A program made the translations under genes and the position numbers. A DNA stretch of 64,000 nucleotides from a virus. This document shows, piece by piece, positions 29,001-33,982 of this stretch (the stretch's first letter is position 1; every line of letters begins with the position of its first letter). Below the pieces are notes generated by a model. The model was not told the DNA's origin. It did not search any database and was given only the letters and a program-made list of their open reading frames with translations. The stretch covers positions 1-64,000 of the IMG/VR virus record IMGVR_UViG_3300045988_082153; one strand, given 5' to 3'.

Positions 29001-32000
29001 GACCGAGTTGTCCGAACGTCTGCATACTCCAGTGCGCATCATACGTACAGAGGAAGAAGTGGCTGCATTACCTTCCGTGCGCCAGCGCAGAATGAAGGGT
29101 AGCTTCAATCCTATGACCGGCGAGGTGACTATTGTTGTTCCCAACAATGCTAACATGGCAGACATTGAGAATACGTTTGTGCATGAGGTTGTGGGTCACG
29201 ATGGTTTGCGCGTGCTGTTCCCTGATGAGGCTAAGCTGAACAATGCCCTTGATGAACTCTATCGTGTGTCTAAGGACGAGATACGCGGTACCATTGACCG
29301 CATGGCGCAGAAGATGTACGATGCCGAGGTGGACCGCATACGTGAGAAGAAACGCAAGGAGCATGTAGCCAATGGAGAGGATGCCAACGCTTCATACTAT
29401 GCAGACATGGCAGCAGCACATGCCGAAGCCGGAAAGAAGCGTGAGCAGTTCAAGCGTGATGCAACAGAGGAATATGGAGCCGACCTTGCCGGACGTATCG
29501 GTGAGAAAGGCTTCGAGATGATGAGTGCCGAAGAACTTACGTTCTGGGGCAAGTTGAAAGCTATGCTCCAAAAAGCTCTACAAAAATTGTTGGACGGATT
29601 GAAAATCCCCGGCAAGAGAAAGTGGGGTGATAAGGACTGGGCGTTTGTTCTGCATGAGGCATACAAGCGTAAGAAGAATGGTGGTAAGCCTACTGTGTTC
29701 GATGCTGCTGATACTGAGGTTATGCGCAGAAGAACTGGCTTTGGAGATACTAAGTTCAGTGATGGAAAGCGTGAGCAACAGACTGCTAACGAACGTTTCA
29801 ACAATGAACTTACACGCTATCAGAATGGCGAAATGGATAAGAACGAAATGCTACATCTTGGCAGACCACAAGGTGTAATGCGTACTTTCCTCCCAAACTT
29901 GCCTATTGTTATGCGTCAGCGTGTAATAAAGAAAGGTTCGGAGAAGAAGCATGACGTAGATGTATCTGCCATAATGAACATGCCGCAGCACTTATCTTCG
30001 CCTATATTCGTGTTCCAACGTAGCGAAGACACCATTGGCGTACTTACTGACATGAGAGACCGCAACGGCAAAAACGTATGTGTGGCTATTGAATTGAAGC
30101 GACAGATACAGCAAGGTGCGGAATATCTCGAAGTGAATGATGTGCGTTCGTTCCACGGCAGAGAATTCAAGAACATCGTAGAACCGATTGCGAATAACAA
30201 GACATTGAAGTGGGTGGATAAAGAAAAAGGACTCGCTTATCTCTCCTCAGCGTCACAACCGGTTCAGCAGGAAATAGACAAGCAAGTCCTTGATACTGCG
30301 ACAAAGGTAGTCAAAGATTTTGTAAATCCCAAAGTTTCTGACGAAAATATTGCAGATGAGGGCATTATGTTCCGCGATGGTGACATGGGACTTGAAGAAA
30401 CCATCACTAAGATGAAGGTTGAGGCAAGCCAAGCGAACGCCGACAACTGGCAAGCCAAGCAGGACGCAATGAGAGCCATCGGTGGCAATCTGAACAAATT
30501 GCGTCAGGCAATGGCACGTCAGAGAGAGTATGACCTATCAACCGTTAAGAGCATAACAGACCTTGCAAAGGTGTTGCTTGAAAACGGATTGCTCGATGAT
30601 CTGAGCAAGTATGAGACAAAGCGCATCCTATCAGCCGTGAACAATGTACATGGCAAGCAGGACGTAAGTGATTACGTACAGAAGGTTATGGACATCATGG
30701 TTGACAACCAGCTACGCATGGGAGCTAACCAGCTGGGCAAACTACTTTCCATCCGTGGAAGCCGCGTTGACGCGCGAGGTATTGAGGTGCAAGGACAGCT
30801 TGACCCAGAAGGCCAGCGTATAGCGCAGGTGGTTAGGAAAGCTACTTCCTTACCAAAGGAGAACATAGAGGAGCGTATTGCAGACTGCACCAATCGTATG
30901 AGTAGTGACGACAATGCCGTAGCCGAGGAAGCAGCTATCGAGTACAGCGGTCTGTTGCTTGCCCATCAGTTTGTAGAGGACATCACCGAAAGCAAGGCAG
31001 AGGAAAAGGCTCTTCGTGAAAGCATTAAGGAAGCCAAGGCCGACTTGGATGCCGGAACGATGGAAGCCGATGCTTACCGTGAATACGTGGAGTCAACCAA
31101 CGATGCCATCCGTCAGAATAAGATAGAGCGAGCCGAAGCCTACCGCAGCATAGTGGAGCAAGCAGGCGGTGTTCTTGGTGGCAGCGTTGAGCGAGCCAAG
31201 GCATGGCGTGAGGCAGAGAAGCAGCGCGTTGAGACCATCCATCACAATGCCAACTCCGATATGACCGGCAGACCTAACGACGAGCATCACAAGGAAAGCA
31301 AGGCACAGAAGATAGCCAATAACAGTATAGTGCGCTTTGTTCTTGCACCTTTAGGCACGTTCGACCAGATGCTGAGAATGTTCGGAAAGAAAAGCGTGAA
31401 CGGTGAGGGCTACTTGTGGAACCGCTATATGCGTGGATGGGTTGAGGCTACCGAAAAGGAGTACACCGGTTATCAAAACGCCTTGAAGACGCTCGACGAG
31501 AAGGTTAGCGACCTATTCGGCAAGAAGATGAAATGGGGCGACCTATTCTCTTTGGAGCGCAACCTTCCAAAAGCGACCGTTACCTTCTGGGACGGTGGCG
31601 AGCAGAAGGCACACGAACTGACACAAGGCAACCTTCTGTATATATACATGGTTGACAAGATGGCAGACGGCCGCATGAAGTTGCGCCGTATGGGCATCAC
31701 CGAGGAAGATGTGGAGAACATAAAAGAATTTGTTGATCCTCGCTTCTTAGAACTTGCCGACTGGATGCAGGACGAGTTCCTTGTGGAAAAACGCAACGAG
31801 TACAACGAGGTGCATAAGCGCATGTTCGGTGCTTCAATGGCAGCGATTGAGAACTACTTCCCTTTGAAGATACTTGCCAATGCGAGAATTGAAGAAGTGG
31901 ACGTAGCCGACGATACAACCGACACCGCATTACCGGCGACCTCAACCGGTAGCATCATCAAGCGCAGACGCAACAATCTTGCCCTTGACGTGATGGGAGC

Positions 32001-33924
32001 AGACGCATTCAGCGTTATACTCGACCACATTCAGCAGATGGAACGTTGGGCATCCTTTGCAGAGTTCAATCGCGACTTGAACACCTTGTTGTCATACAAG
32101 CGTTTCCGCAACCAAGTTATGAACATGACGAGTGTTTATGGTGGTGGCAAAACTCTGTGGAAGAATTTCCGCAATGTGTGCAGTATGGCCGCAGGAGCCT
32201 ATCGCCCACCAATCGCAGCCCTTGACAAGGCCGCAGTGAATGTGGCGAAGGGCGTAACGGCAGCCAAGGTTAGTTTCAGAGTGTTCACGGCATTAAAGCA
32301 GTTCCTCTCTATGCCAGCTTATCTTTCTGACAGCAGCCCTGTATATCTTGCAGGAAACATTGCCAATCCGATAGGAGCTTGGAAGTGGTCAATGGAAAAC
32401 CTTCCACTCTTCGAGAAGCGTTGGAAGAGCCGCATGGCAGGAGACCCAAGACTGATGAAGAGTGAAATGGACTGGAAGATGTGGCAAAACCGCGCTGTTG
32501 AAATAGCCTCACGTATCGGTATGTCTCCTAATGCCTTTGTCGATGCACTGACAGTTGCCATAGGTGCACACTCGATGTATCAGACCAAGAAGAAGAAATA
32601 TCTTCGTTACGGCTATGATGAAGAGACGGCAGAGAAGCGAGCCAAGCAAGACGCTACTATTCTGTTCAACCAGACACAGCAGTCGAGTGAAAGCGCGTTC
32701 CTCTCTACGATGCAGACCGACCGTTCATGGTTGAGTGTTCTGTTCACTGTGTTCAGAAACTCTTCGATGTCGTACACACGTCAGCTGTATGATGCACTCC
32801 GTAACCTCAAACACCGCTTTGAACCCGGTTACAAAGGACTCACAGAGGAGTATCTTGCCAAGCAGATGCGCAGAGATGGCATAGACCCAGACAAGGCCGA
32901 CCAGAACGCCAAGAGCGAGTATAGAAGAAGCCTGATGCGTGATATAGTCCGCGTAGGCGTGTTTGGCTATCTGTTGCAGTTTGCTTGGAACTTGGGAGCC
33001 TATCTGCCCTATCTCCTCTTAGGTGACGACAAGGACGAGAAGAGCGACATGTGGCATGACATCTTCTGCCATACTATGTTCGGCAGTATAGAAGGCTTGA
33101 CTGGAGGTGACGTGATGAGTGCTGTAGGTAATGGCTTTGCTAAAGGCGAAGGTTTGAACCTATTCTCCGCTTCAAAGGATATGCCTCTTAGTTCAGACTT
33201 GCAGAACATTGTAAACAAATGGAACAAAGACAAGGTTGCCGCCATGAACGACGTGACCAACTTGATGGTTCAGTCTGGTATAGGTGTCAATCCCCAATCG
33301 CTGACAGATGCAGTGGTTGCCATCATGGACTACTGTGGTGACGACGCAAACACCTCTCGCGAGTGTGCCCTGCTTATCACGCGCATCATCAACTGCCCAC
33401 AAAGTCAGATCGACAAGATTTATTTTGACGAGCTTAACGCAACGGCAGCAGAGGCGCAAGGCATGACCCCGGCAGAGATAGCCGAGCGATATGCCCGATA
33501 TAAGATGCACAGAGGCGCACCGTTGACCGGATGGGCGTACACTGATGAAGCTCGCGACTCCGTAATGACTGCCCTGCAGAACCGAGTGCTTACGAAAGCC
33601 AAGGAGAAGTTGAACAGCAGAATGGAGACTGAGGAAACCAAACAGTTGCTCAGTGATTACGATGCTGTTGCCAAGCAAGAGACCGCATTGTCGAAGATAA
33701 AGAAGACGGACCGTGCAGCCTACCACGAGGGAATGAAGCAGCTACGCCAGTCGAACGACATGCGCCAGCACATGCGCTTGAAGCGATACAAGCATGACAT
33801 GAATGAACTCACGTCGAAGTATCTACGCTGCAAGAGTGCAGAGGAACGAGACTCGATTGTCAGCACGATGTTCAGTACACGTGCGAAGATGCTTGAAGAC
33901 ATCGACAGATTGAAGCAACAATAG
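14002..33924 (+). CDS. giant polyvalent protein, 6640 aa (ParB-like + PPase-like + N6-adenine MTase + SNF2-type helicase + HExxH metallopeptidase + hydrophobic terminal regions); probable packaged/ejected anti-restriction protein
   Basis: Single uninterrupted 19,923-nt ORF. Domain motifs are listed in the sub-features below. Located between virion genes and portal. Confidence 0.9.
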   Translation: MAQVNDNDDIKWLYGKLKAKGYNIGSEAEFKSSLANGEDRKWYYEKAKGMGLDMGNMADFESMYAPKAAPAPKRKAPSSGQRRPASAVSASPEQPKQQKPKGTPMTEQDKIRMSLQMGQMKQQVQQGIANTNAKIGRMMEPLTQKGRERRRLGEFQARMAGTPTHVVGFNTASPAPASSGARGGSRQKPVQSEQSPQPYGVKYENGKAKTQWVLPDGTLTTSLIEANQAEYEARTARLAHQFQNRMKENGLDPNKPEDVRKQAQLDYEAPMRKAIEDEWQRAEAEDRAADEAYRKDMERAEGGSFWDRLKKSITPLGPDGMPLRRGDETLRDIKRAAKRQDTFNLEKMAQSVLQNMPQEYKDNQMLNYSRYFREHPSELKGRTVSQAAKEALQGEVYHATYERAVQARMPKSKTEFLLRKVADQPFFSQTIADNMAARLFSHSIGTEAADMDAMSRYGTDHRALDITGTVLNMAIDPTTYISGGVGSFAGKQALKLSGKMALKGASKEAAERYVGRTLAGRMVAGVAAGSANFGTFEGLKNMQQQMRLGGTLNPETGEYEFSAGDMLKATGHGMLLGSVTGTLSPVLGNVSDKLVKATESTAGKVGIRAGELMTSTVAEGTIFATPEWIENAQLADDDPRKRKAMDIWTDNMAMMLGFKVSHGIKSAPQVIAGLRPIAEPKTMEERNRNRRSFAERLRKRMDASPRDLDFTKEEREELRRNGYGDLASLFTRTPKQPTKPKAKPTMTDGKTMTFDVDYQHAEAKRVSNPEFDGYEAMERLMQDPNVSQSARAKAYYILTGRMLPMGTVTGYTTNKDANGVTVQAVTAQGEVVTSRHFKTEEGAKKEEANIMRQAELNSVDVGERYKEAAANAKVVQAAVESVAPGADFATVMRNYKVVKEGDKDAIAAYGKMVEDIDRAIEANKTMADGERPEAIRASIKEETGVDVDATLRKEPKNRTEEEQAAVEDYIKRLFPEQKSEEAGASAEAEQPMSEAESAAAAAYDQARLLWDKVEKGDTDAKAEVDAITLRMQEAYQMCEDAFGADAEMRIAEINEDPWPLVNNPELSEDQQDAVLYYVNAKAAMEGVMDASNEAADGKRKEVEANVERHTHKDMGVVQPATMKVDDKPVYVVKGNVVMLPDGSGIDVRNSDQSIVICDAETGEYKFASPDQLFSLGEAIDPQTELDEAYANIQAEHETVLGVPENGENVQGNGENVSQLTDEQLQQYAHSAFNEATQSNGITIPQEQAEQLQQHNQQMLEQEQQRKEEEANRQPTALEHVPINEETGEPMFEKADRETALDALNEVTGGNDENTTAIVRAQVEQATKALEALKKKEPTKKAPSLKGSPMAMVKAQQEAEANYNTAMEEYNAQVAAAEENLNAWSRINSLMNDRKRAIREQQEAERKVREEKLHAEAVARLEEDKRIAAEKAAEQEAVGTHAVNPKIKAKWDGATKVEGNPNAITLADGSTIRGHYVLTEAGAATASHDVNNAYEPTEGFPVDENGESVNDRDYKRDKDAQRIVRDMADSYDSRALQTPVIVSKDGVVLSGNNRTMSGEIAAKNGTDKAYVDHLREFGAMFGFTPEQIDGMQHPRVVFVPDEELPYDASTFARFNAEQQKKQSKPEHAVKLGKIVPDNVFTSITNDISRFDRMSDYYADDKSVASAISQLLDAGVINEMQLPELRTGNALSAAGKELIENTLIGKVFQTSPDAVRQIISTLTLRQSVVMGLNEIANNRTLAKSGYDLSKELAAAVDLVSRAKSDSPEIYKEGMPVSPYGRQKGLFDDEYGDSRVTDGVTLLLADLLNSGKPSDLRKVLSTYNNEAASPAAGQIDMFSGDVSSKEEILKNVNEYFRNATPKEQQALIDAAVAERKRRAEAAEPAGGDEASEQAKVVAGSDAEPQQPVVASEEPAKGNNPDADALAKEAEEKLSERITDTDDEWTEPSEYGEIYKHRMFVDGKEVIKVDAPDKSKNYPGTYYEIDGKQFGDLYEVANYIDGNEQPLSAKIEAASAEVNTDPTEAQKEAGNYKKGHVQVGTFDITIEQPQGSVRKGTDADGKQWESKMNNTYGYIRGAVGVDGDHIDVFLSNDIDGWNGRKVYVVDQYNPDGSFDEHKVMLGFNDQDEAKGDYLANYEQGWENGRRIDITGVNLEDFEKWIESSKRKTKPFGEYSSVKKDVVEINTPEEAGYSITPSTYTNKKGKTSDVSLLTFDNDLTADQERAVKEFAKERTGEGRFAPARGWKDRESGGWMFRSEEDARKAAEMVGNEQAVADNQPMTAQELRDAVEPKKPTASKKTAAKKPANRIENVPTEEPIEPEKPKYEVSDEEMNGLMNDIRDILGIGDDEGDAGVKFRDPDELTAEQRQKLMSVGQRLAMAMVERGNESFGNYASMMVKALGDKVRPWLKAFYGGLEYVPGYDKYALTPYEEVKAFDVENFDKPNKDVMAQANMIVEEGKVQVAAEKANKELKATRNEQRKETEKQTAANTDAVAVEAESVASEATALAETSSDEQALAGAAERVDETLNKVNEQLALLGYYEADEVEKDYNEAYGYMRNAEKKAVKDAANLASQLISDLNLSHYEASHSKQTDKKGNRKKKPLAVSNISPIGGDVSIHLPLEEGRELYLTIGVEPRAAKGVDGFGGSDLEVTHIMFRVDHPEGTGNDRYGRNVFVDSNVTYSDLLKQVQREAYKYLIGSGVTNEGEYAAGDKVQYSTDGGRTWTDAVVVQPNDEGGIRIDTGLAPVMWVNAHPDQLRHKPSESAEPKHEAVGDFYEDGINEDAVAALPEDTAIQLHVVDILNPGMTDHSMKSKIESLNTLLPKISDKKLSELDKEYGDDKDMGTHIKAEVARRAKDGGVQPTSSEKPADKPKPASKKNATKKVKPEQPVGDLFAGLFDNTSDNGLQGNDEAVRTETVPADNGGQQQGLRGSKESTRKTVAQEGGRPDGGRGGQSTGKDRAVSAGLHGLTEPKNTRNNHSERGADHAPTSVNGRIEANIKAIELAHELLESGETATPEQMSVLRQFSGWGGLGAAFSDGGYDWKQRERNKKIRELLGEEAYEQAVMSANSAYYTPAYVVDTLWDIANQLGFKGGNILEGSAGIGNILGQMPTTVSERSNIHAIEIDGTSGGILSLLYPDAKVEIQGFEQTRIPNGSVDLAITNVPFVTGLRVNDTTGDSDLSKKFHNIHDFCIAKNVRKLREGGLGIFISSNGTLDNSKALRDWVVNEGGSDFIGAFRMNNKTFGGTTVTSDIIVIRKRVNGQKSAQAIDVSSISGERTAEYEEPGARKAKQLSMDYNKYFIEHPDHMAGEMRFAFEEGDTFRPTSKGLYPVSGKDQGKMLVDFVKSFTEEDSSKATTTDHHDVSLVLDASADGKKLGEMYMKDGQIVLASFGGYYPLEVNDKKIKGHTKQECFTAYAAIKSALADVMQYQTENESDAGLKPLIAKLNKAYDAFVNTYGHFNKNNQLAWLRNDVDYPNVFSLETYKEQGDGKGGVVKTYDKADVMKGRVVEKESEPHPENVKDGVVVSMFKNGRIDVPYIASQLGKSEAEVKREIIDSGLGFEDPTTRQMEVSYQYLSGNVREKLKQAEANNENGEYSKNIKALQDVVPMNIPAHLIDFTLGSSWLDPKLYDEYVKERTDIDVHFTAAGGTWFMKAPTYGVNVEKNRAMGIVSEMLKKTIMGHELISAAIQNKSIIVSRTEKHYDGTTETITDREATAACAAKIDEIRQDFKDWARGKMQSDADLSARMEQEYNDRFNNYVPMSIPDDFVPEYFGGATHKFKMRSHQGKAIVRGTMQPLLLAHEVGTGKTFTLISTAMEMRRLGTARKPMIVVQNATVGQFAASAKELYPNAKILTLEDNDRNAEGRKNFYAKIKYNDWDMIVVPQSTFEFIPDSDERQMQFVQDKIDEKMLVLEQMREADSSGRDPITRRAEKELADLQAEMAALSEGISKKRTANNEKKKAVAKQNAAVKAQEMLDRRTDDVENFDDMGIDALLIDEAHEYKHLGFATAMQRGVKGVDPSYSKKSQGVYLKTQAILEKNNGRNVIFATGTPISNTAAEIWTFMRYLMPKDTMKEYGIYYFDDFVRNFGNIQQMPEFNTSGKFKEVNRFAGYVNLPELVRIWSGVADTVLTKDQTELVKKIPEMEGGKAQDIYLPQTRALRSVMKYVREELERFDQMSGKEKKENSSIPLTMYGIAQGAAVDARLVEMHAEDDPRSKTNEAVRQTLRSLKETDDYKGTVAIFADHYQNKRSGFNLYEDIKKKLIQQGIPESEVIVMKPGMTIKKKLEIFDKVNRGEVRVILGSTATLGTGVNIQERLHTLIHLDAPNRPMDYTQRNGRILRQGNLHKQWNKPVRVLRFGVEDSLDVTAYQRLKTKGAIADSVMEGDRLMQDSMNNRVLEEEEDVFGDTVAQLSGSEYALLKNNAEKNVRKYESRKKQWEADQTYIHNAKPKLEGQIKAAEQRAEEANAQLLAVQKAFPDGKFTEITVGKLKFASVDAMADFIKEHNKKILDAVKAMKENPGNNVQTNTLTLSLGGYDFVVKTEMSRETVNNGGLLFAEIHRRMSYSCPELGLNNVPVKQSLLRNAVEDITENVITGRDFAERFDIATRMVQHGKSELEQLKQREGKPFEFGKELEEAKRQLEEYSEAMKVEMAEKEKKYAEMDASVEAASDVVTDDEDETAEDKTKFRLLDEDDPKAMELESLPESELVPVYRNVQAFEDDALGSPMAFTDAETGERRTLEGRRWNYSAPPKVELSEEQQRKLDELNKNGYIMVDGKKSTELQINDGLKFVKPKTKEAQLQYFLKKNPEDKGLWAAYDPYDHAIETPLNTQFGEAYKRPNLVVVRSLIPKSEIDEPFHADYALLPTGAHQWNNGRTLYLSRWSKIDKVLTREEEAKLIDEYWKKHPGKREELKTHRDYNRFVPQVRIELEKMGYRFELDGKELTPEESLALDKQNWESRDVIPGREGHTPFVSNEDIARINAKMAGKWVGEPKEAMESAMSDRVTELSERLHTPVRIIRTEEEVAALPSVRQRRMKGSFNPMTGEVTIVVPNNANMADIENTFVHEVVGHDGLRVLFPDEAKLNNALDELYRVSKDEIRGTIDRMAQKMYDAEVDRIREKKRKEHVANGEDANASYYADMAAAHAEAGKKREQFKRDATEEYGADLAGRIGEKGFEMMSAEELTFWGKLKAMLQKALQKLLDGLKIPGKRKWGDKDWAFVLHEAYKRKKNGGKPTVFDAADTEVMRRRTGFGDTKFSDGKREQQTANERFNNELTRYQNGEMDKNEMLHLGRPQGVMRTFLPNLPIVMRQRVIKKGSEKKHDVDVSAIMNMPQHLSSPIFVFQRSEDTIGVLTDMRDRNGKNVCVAIELKRQIQQGAEYLEVNDVRSFHGREFKNIVEPIANNKTLKWVDKEKGLAYLSSASQPVQQEIDKQVLDTATKVVKDFVNPKVSDENIADEGIMFRDGDMGLEETITKMKVEASQANADNWQAKQDAMRAIGGNLNKLRQAMARQREYDLSTVKSITDLAKVLLENGLLDDLSKYETKRILSAVNNVHGKQDVSDYVQKVMDIMVDNQLRMGANQLGKLLSIRGSRVDARGIEVQGQLDPEGQRIAQVVRKATSLPKENIEERIADCTNRMSSDDNAVAEEAAIEYSGLLLAHQFVEDITESKAEEKALRESIKEAKADLDAGTMEADAYREYVESTNDAIRQNKIERAEAYRSIVEQAGGVLGGSVERAKAWREAEKQRVETIHHNANSDMTGRPNDEHHKESKAQKIANNSIVRFVLAPLGTFDQMLRMFGKKSVNGEGYLWNRYMRGWVEATEKEYTGYQNALKTLDEKVSDLFGKKMKWGDLFSLERNLPKATVTFWDGGEQKAHELTQGNLLYIYMVDKMADGRMKLRRMGITEEDVENIKEFVDPRFLELADWMQDEFLVEKRNEYNEVHKRMFGASMAAIENYFPLKILANARIEEVDVADDTTDTALPATSTGSIIKRRRNNLALDVMGADAFSVILDHIQQMERWASFAEFNRDLNTLLSYKRFRNQVMNMTSVYGGGKTLWKNFRNVCSMAAGAYRPPIAALDKAAVNVAKGVTAAKVSFRVFTALKQFLSMPAYLSDSSPVYLAGNIANPIGAWKWSMENLPLFEKRWKSRMAGDPRLMKSEMDWKMWQNRAVEIASRIGMSPNAFVDALTVAIGAHSMYQTKKKKYLRYGYDEETAEKRAKQDATILFNQTQQSSESAFLSTMQTDRSWLSVLFTVFRNSSMSYTRQLYDALRNLKHRFEPGYKGLTEEYLAKQMRRDGIDPDKADQNAKSEYRRSLMRDIVRVGVFGYLLQFAWNLGAYLPYLLLGDDKDEKSDMWHDIFCHTMFGSIEGLTGGDVMSAVGNGFAKGEGLNLFSASKDMPLSSDLQNIVNKWNKDKVAAMNDVTNLMVQSGIGVNPQSLTDAVVAIMDYCGDDANTSRECALLITRIINCPQSQIDKIYFDELNATAAEAQGMTPAEIAERYARYKMHRGAPLTGWAYTDEARDSVMTALQNRVLTKAKEKLNSRMETEETKQLLSDYDAVAKQETALSKIKKTDRAAYHEGMKQLRQSNDMRQHMRLKRYKHDMNELTSKYLRCKSAEERDSIVSTMFSTRAKMLEDIDRLKQQ
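15370..15900 (+). other. Gly/Ala-rich hydrophobic region of the giant protein
   Basis: ISGGVGSFAGKQALKLSGKMALKGA...LAGRMVAGVAAGSANFGTFEGL...GHGMLLGSVTGTLSPVLGNV, glycine-zipper-like segments. Confidence 0.5.
18320..18900 (+). other. ParB/Srx-superfamily-like domain (DdrB-type ParB candidate)
   Basis: NDRDYKRDKDAQRIVRDMADSYDSRALQTPVIVSKDGVVLSGNNRTMSGEIAAKNG resembles the ParB N-terminal domain core (PviV...G..l.sGn.R). Confidence 0.5.
20071..20480 (+). other. inorganic-pyrophosphatase-like fold domain
   Basis: ITIEQPQGSVRKG...NNTYGYIRGAVGVDGDHIDVFLS...NPDGSFDEHKVMLGF parallels family I PPase signatures (EIPxGSxxK ... YGFIPxT..DGDPxDV ... D.KV). Confidence 0.45.
22920..23800 (+). other. N6-adenine DNA methyltransferase domain (DarB-like)
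   Basis: SAM motif I LEGSAGIGN (23275-23301). Catalytic motif IV NVPF (23473-23484, NPPY-type). Upstream LRQFSGWGGLG is typical of DarB/plasmid MTase-helicases. Confidence 0.8.
25290..27110 (+). other. SNF2/DEAD-like helicase domain
   Basis: Walker A GTGKT (25402-25416), DEAH box (25978-25989), FATGTPISN, ILGSTATLGTGVNIQ, and motif VI QRNGRILRQGN (26989-27021). Confidence 0.8.
29030..29300 (+). other. zincin-like HExxH metallopeptidase domain
   Basis: NTFVHEVVGHDGLRVLF with HEVVGH at 29182-29199. Confidence 0.6.
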
Positions 33925-33936
33925 TTAAACAACAAA

Positions 33937-33968
33937 GGACGGTGCAAGGAATTACCTTTGCACCGTCC
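33937..33968 (+). promoter_or_regulatory. strong hairpin without U-tract between giant gene and portal
   Basis: GGACGGTGCAA (33937-33947) pairs perfectly with TTGCACCGTCC (33958-33968). No T-run follows. Confidence 0.4.
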
Positions 33969-33982
33969 CAAATTATAAAATT

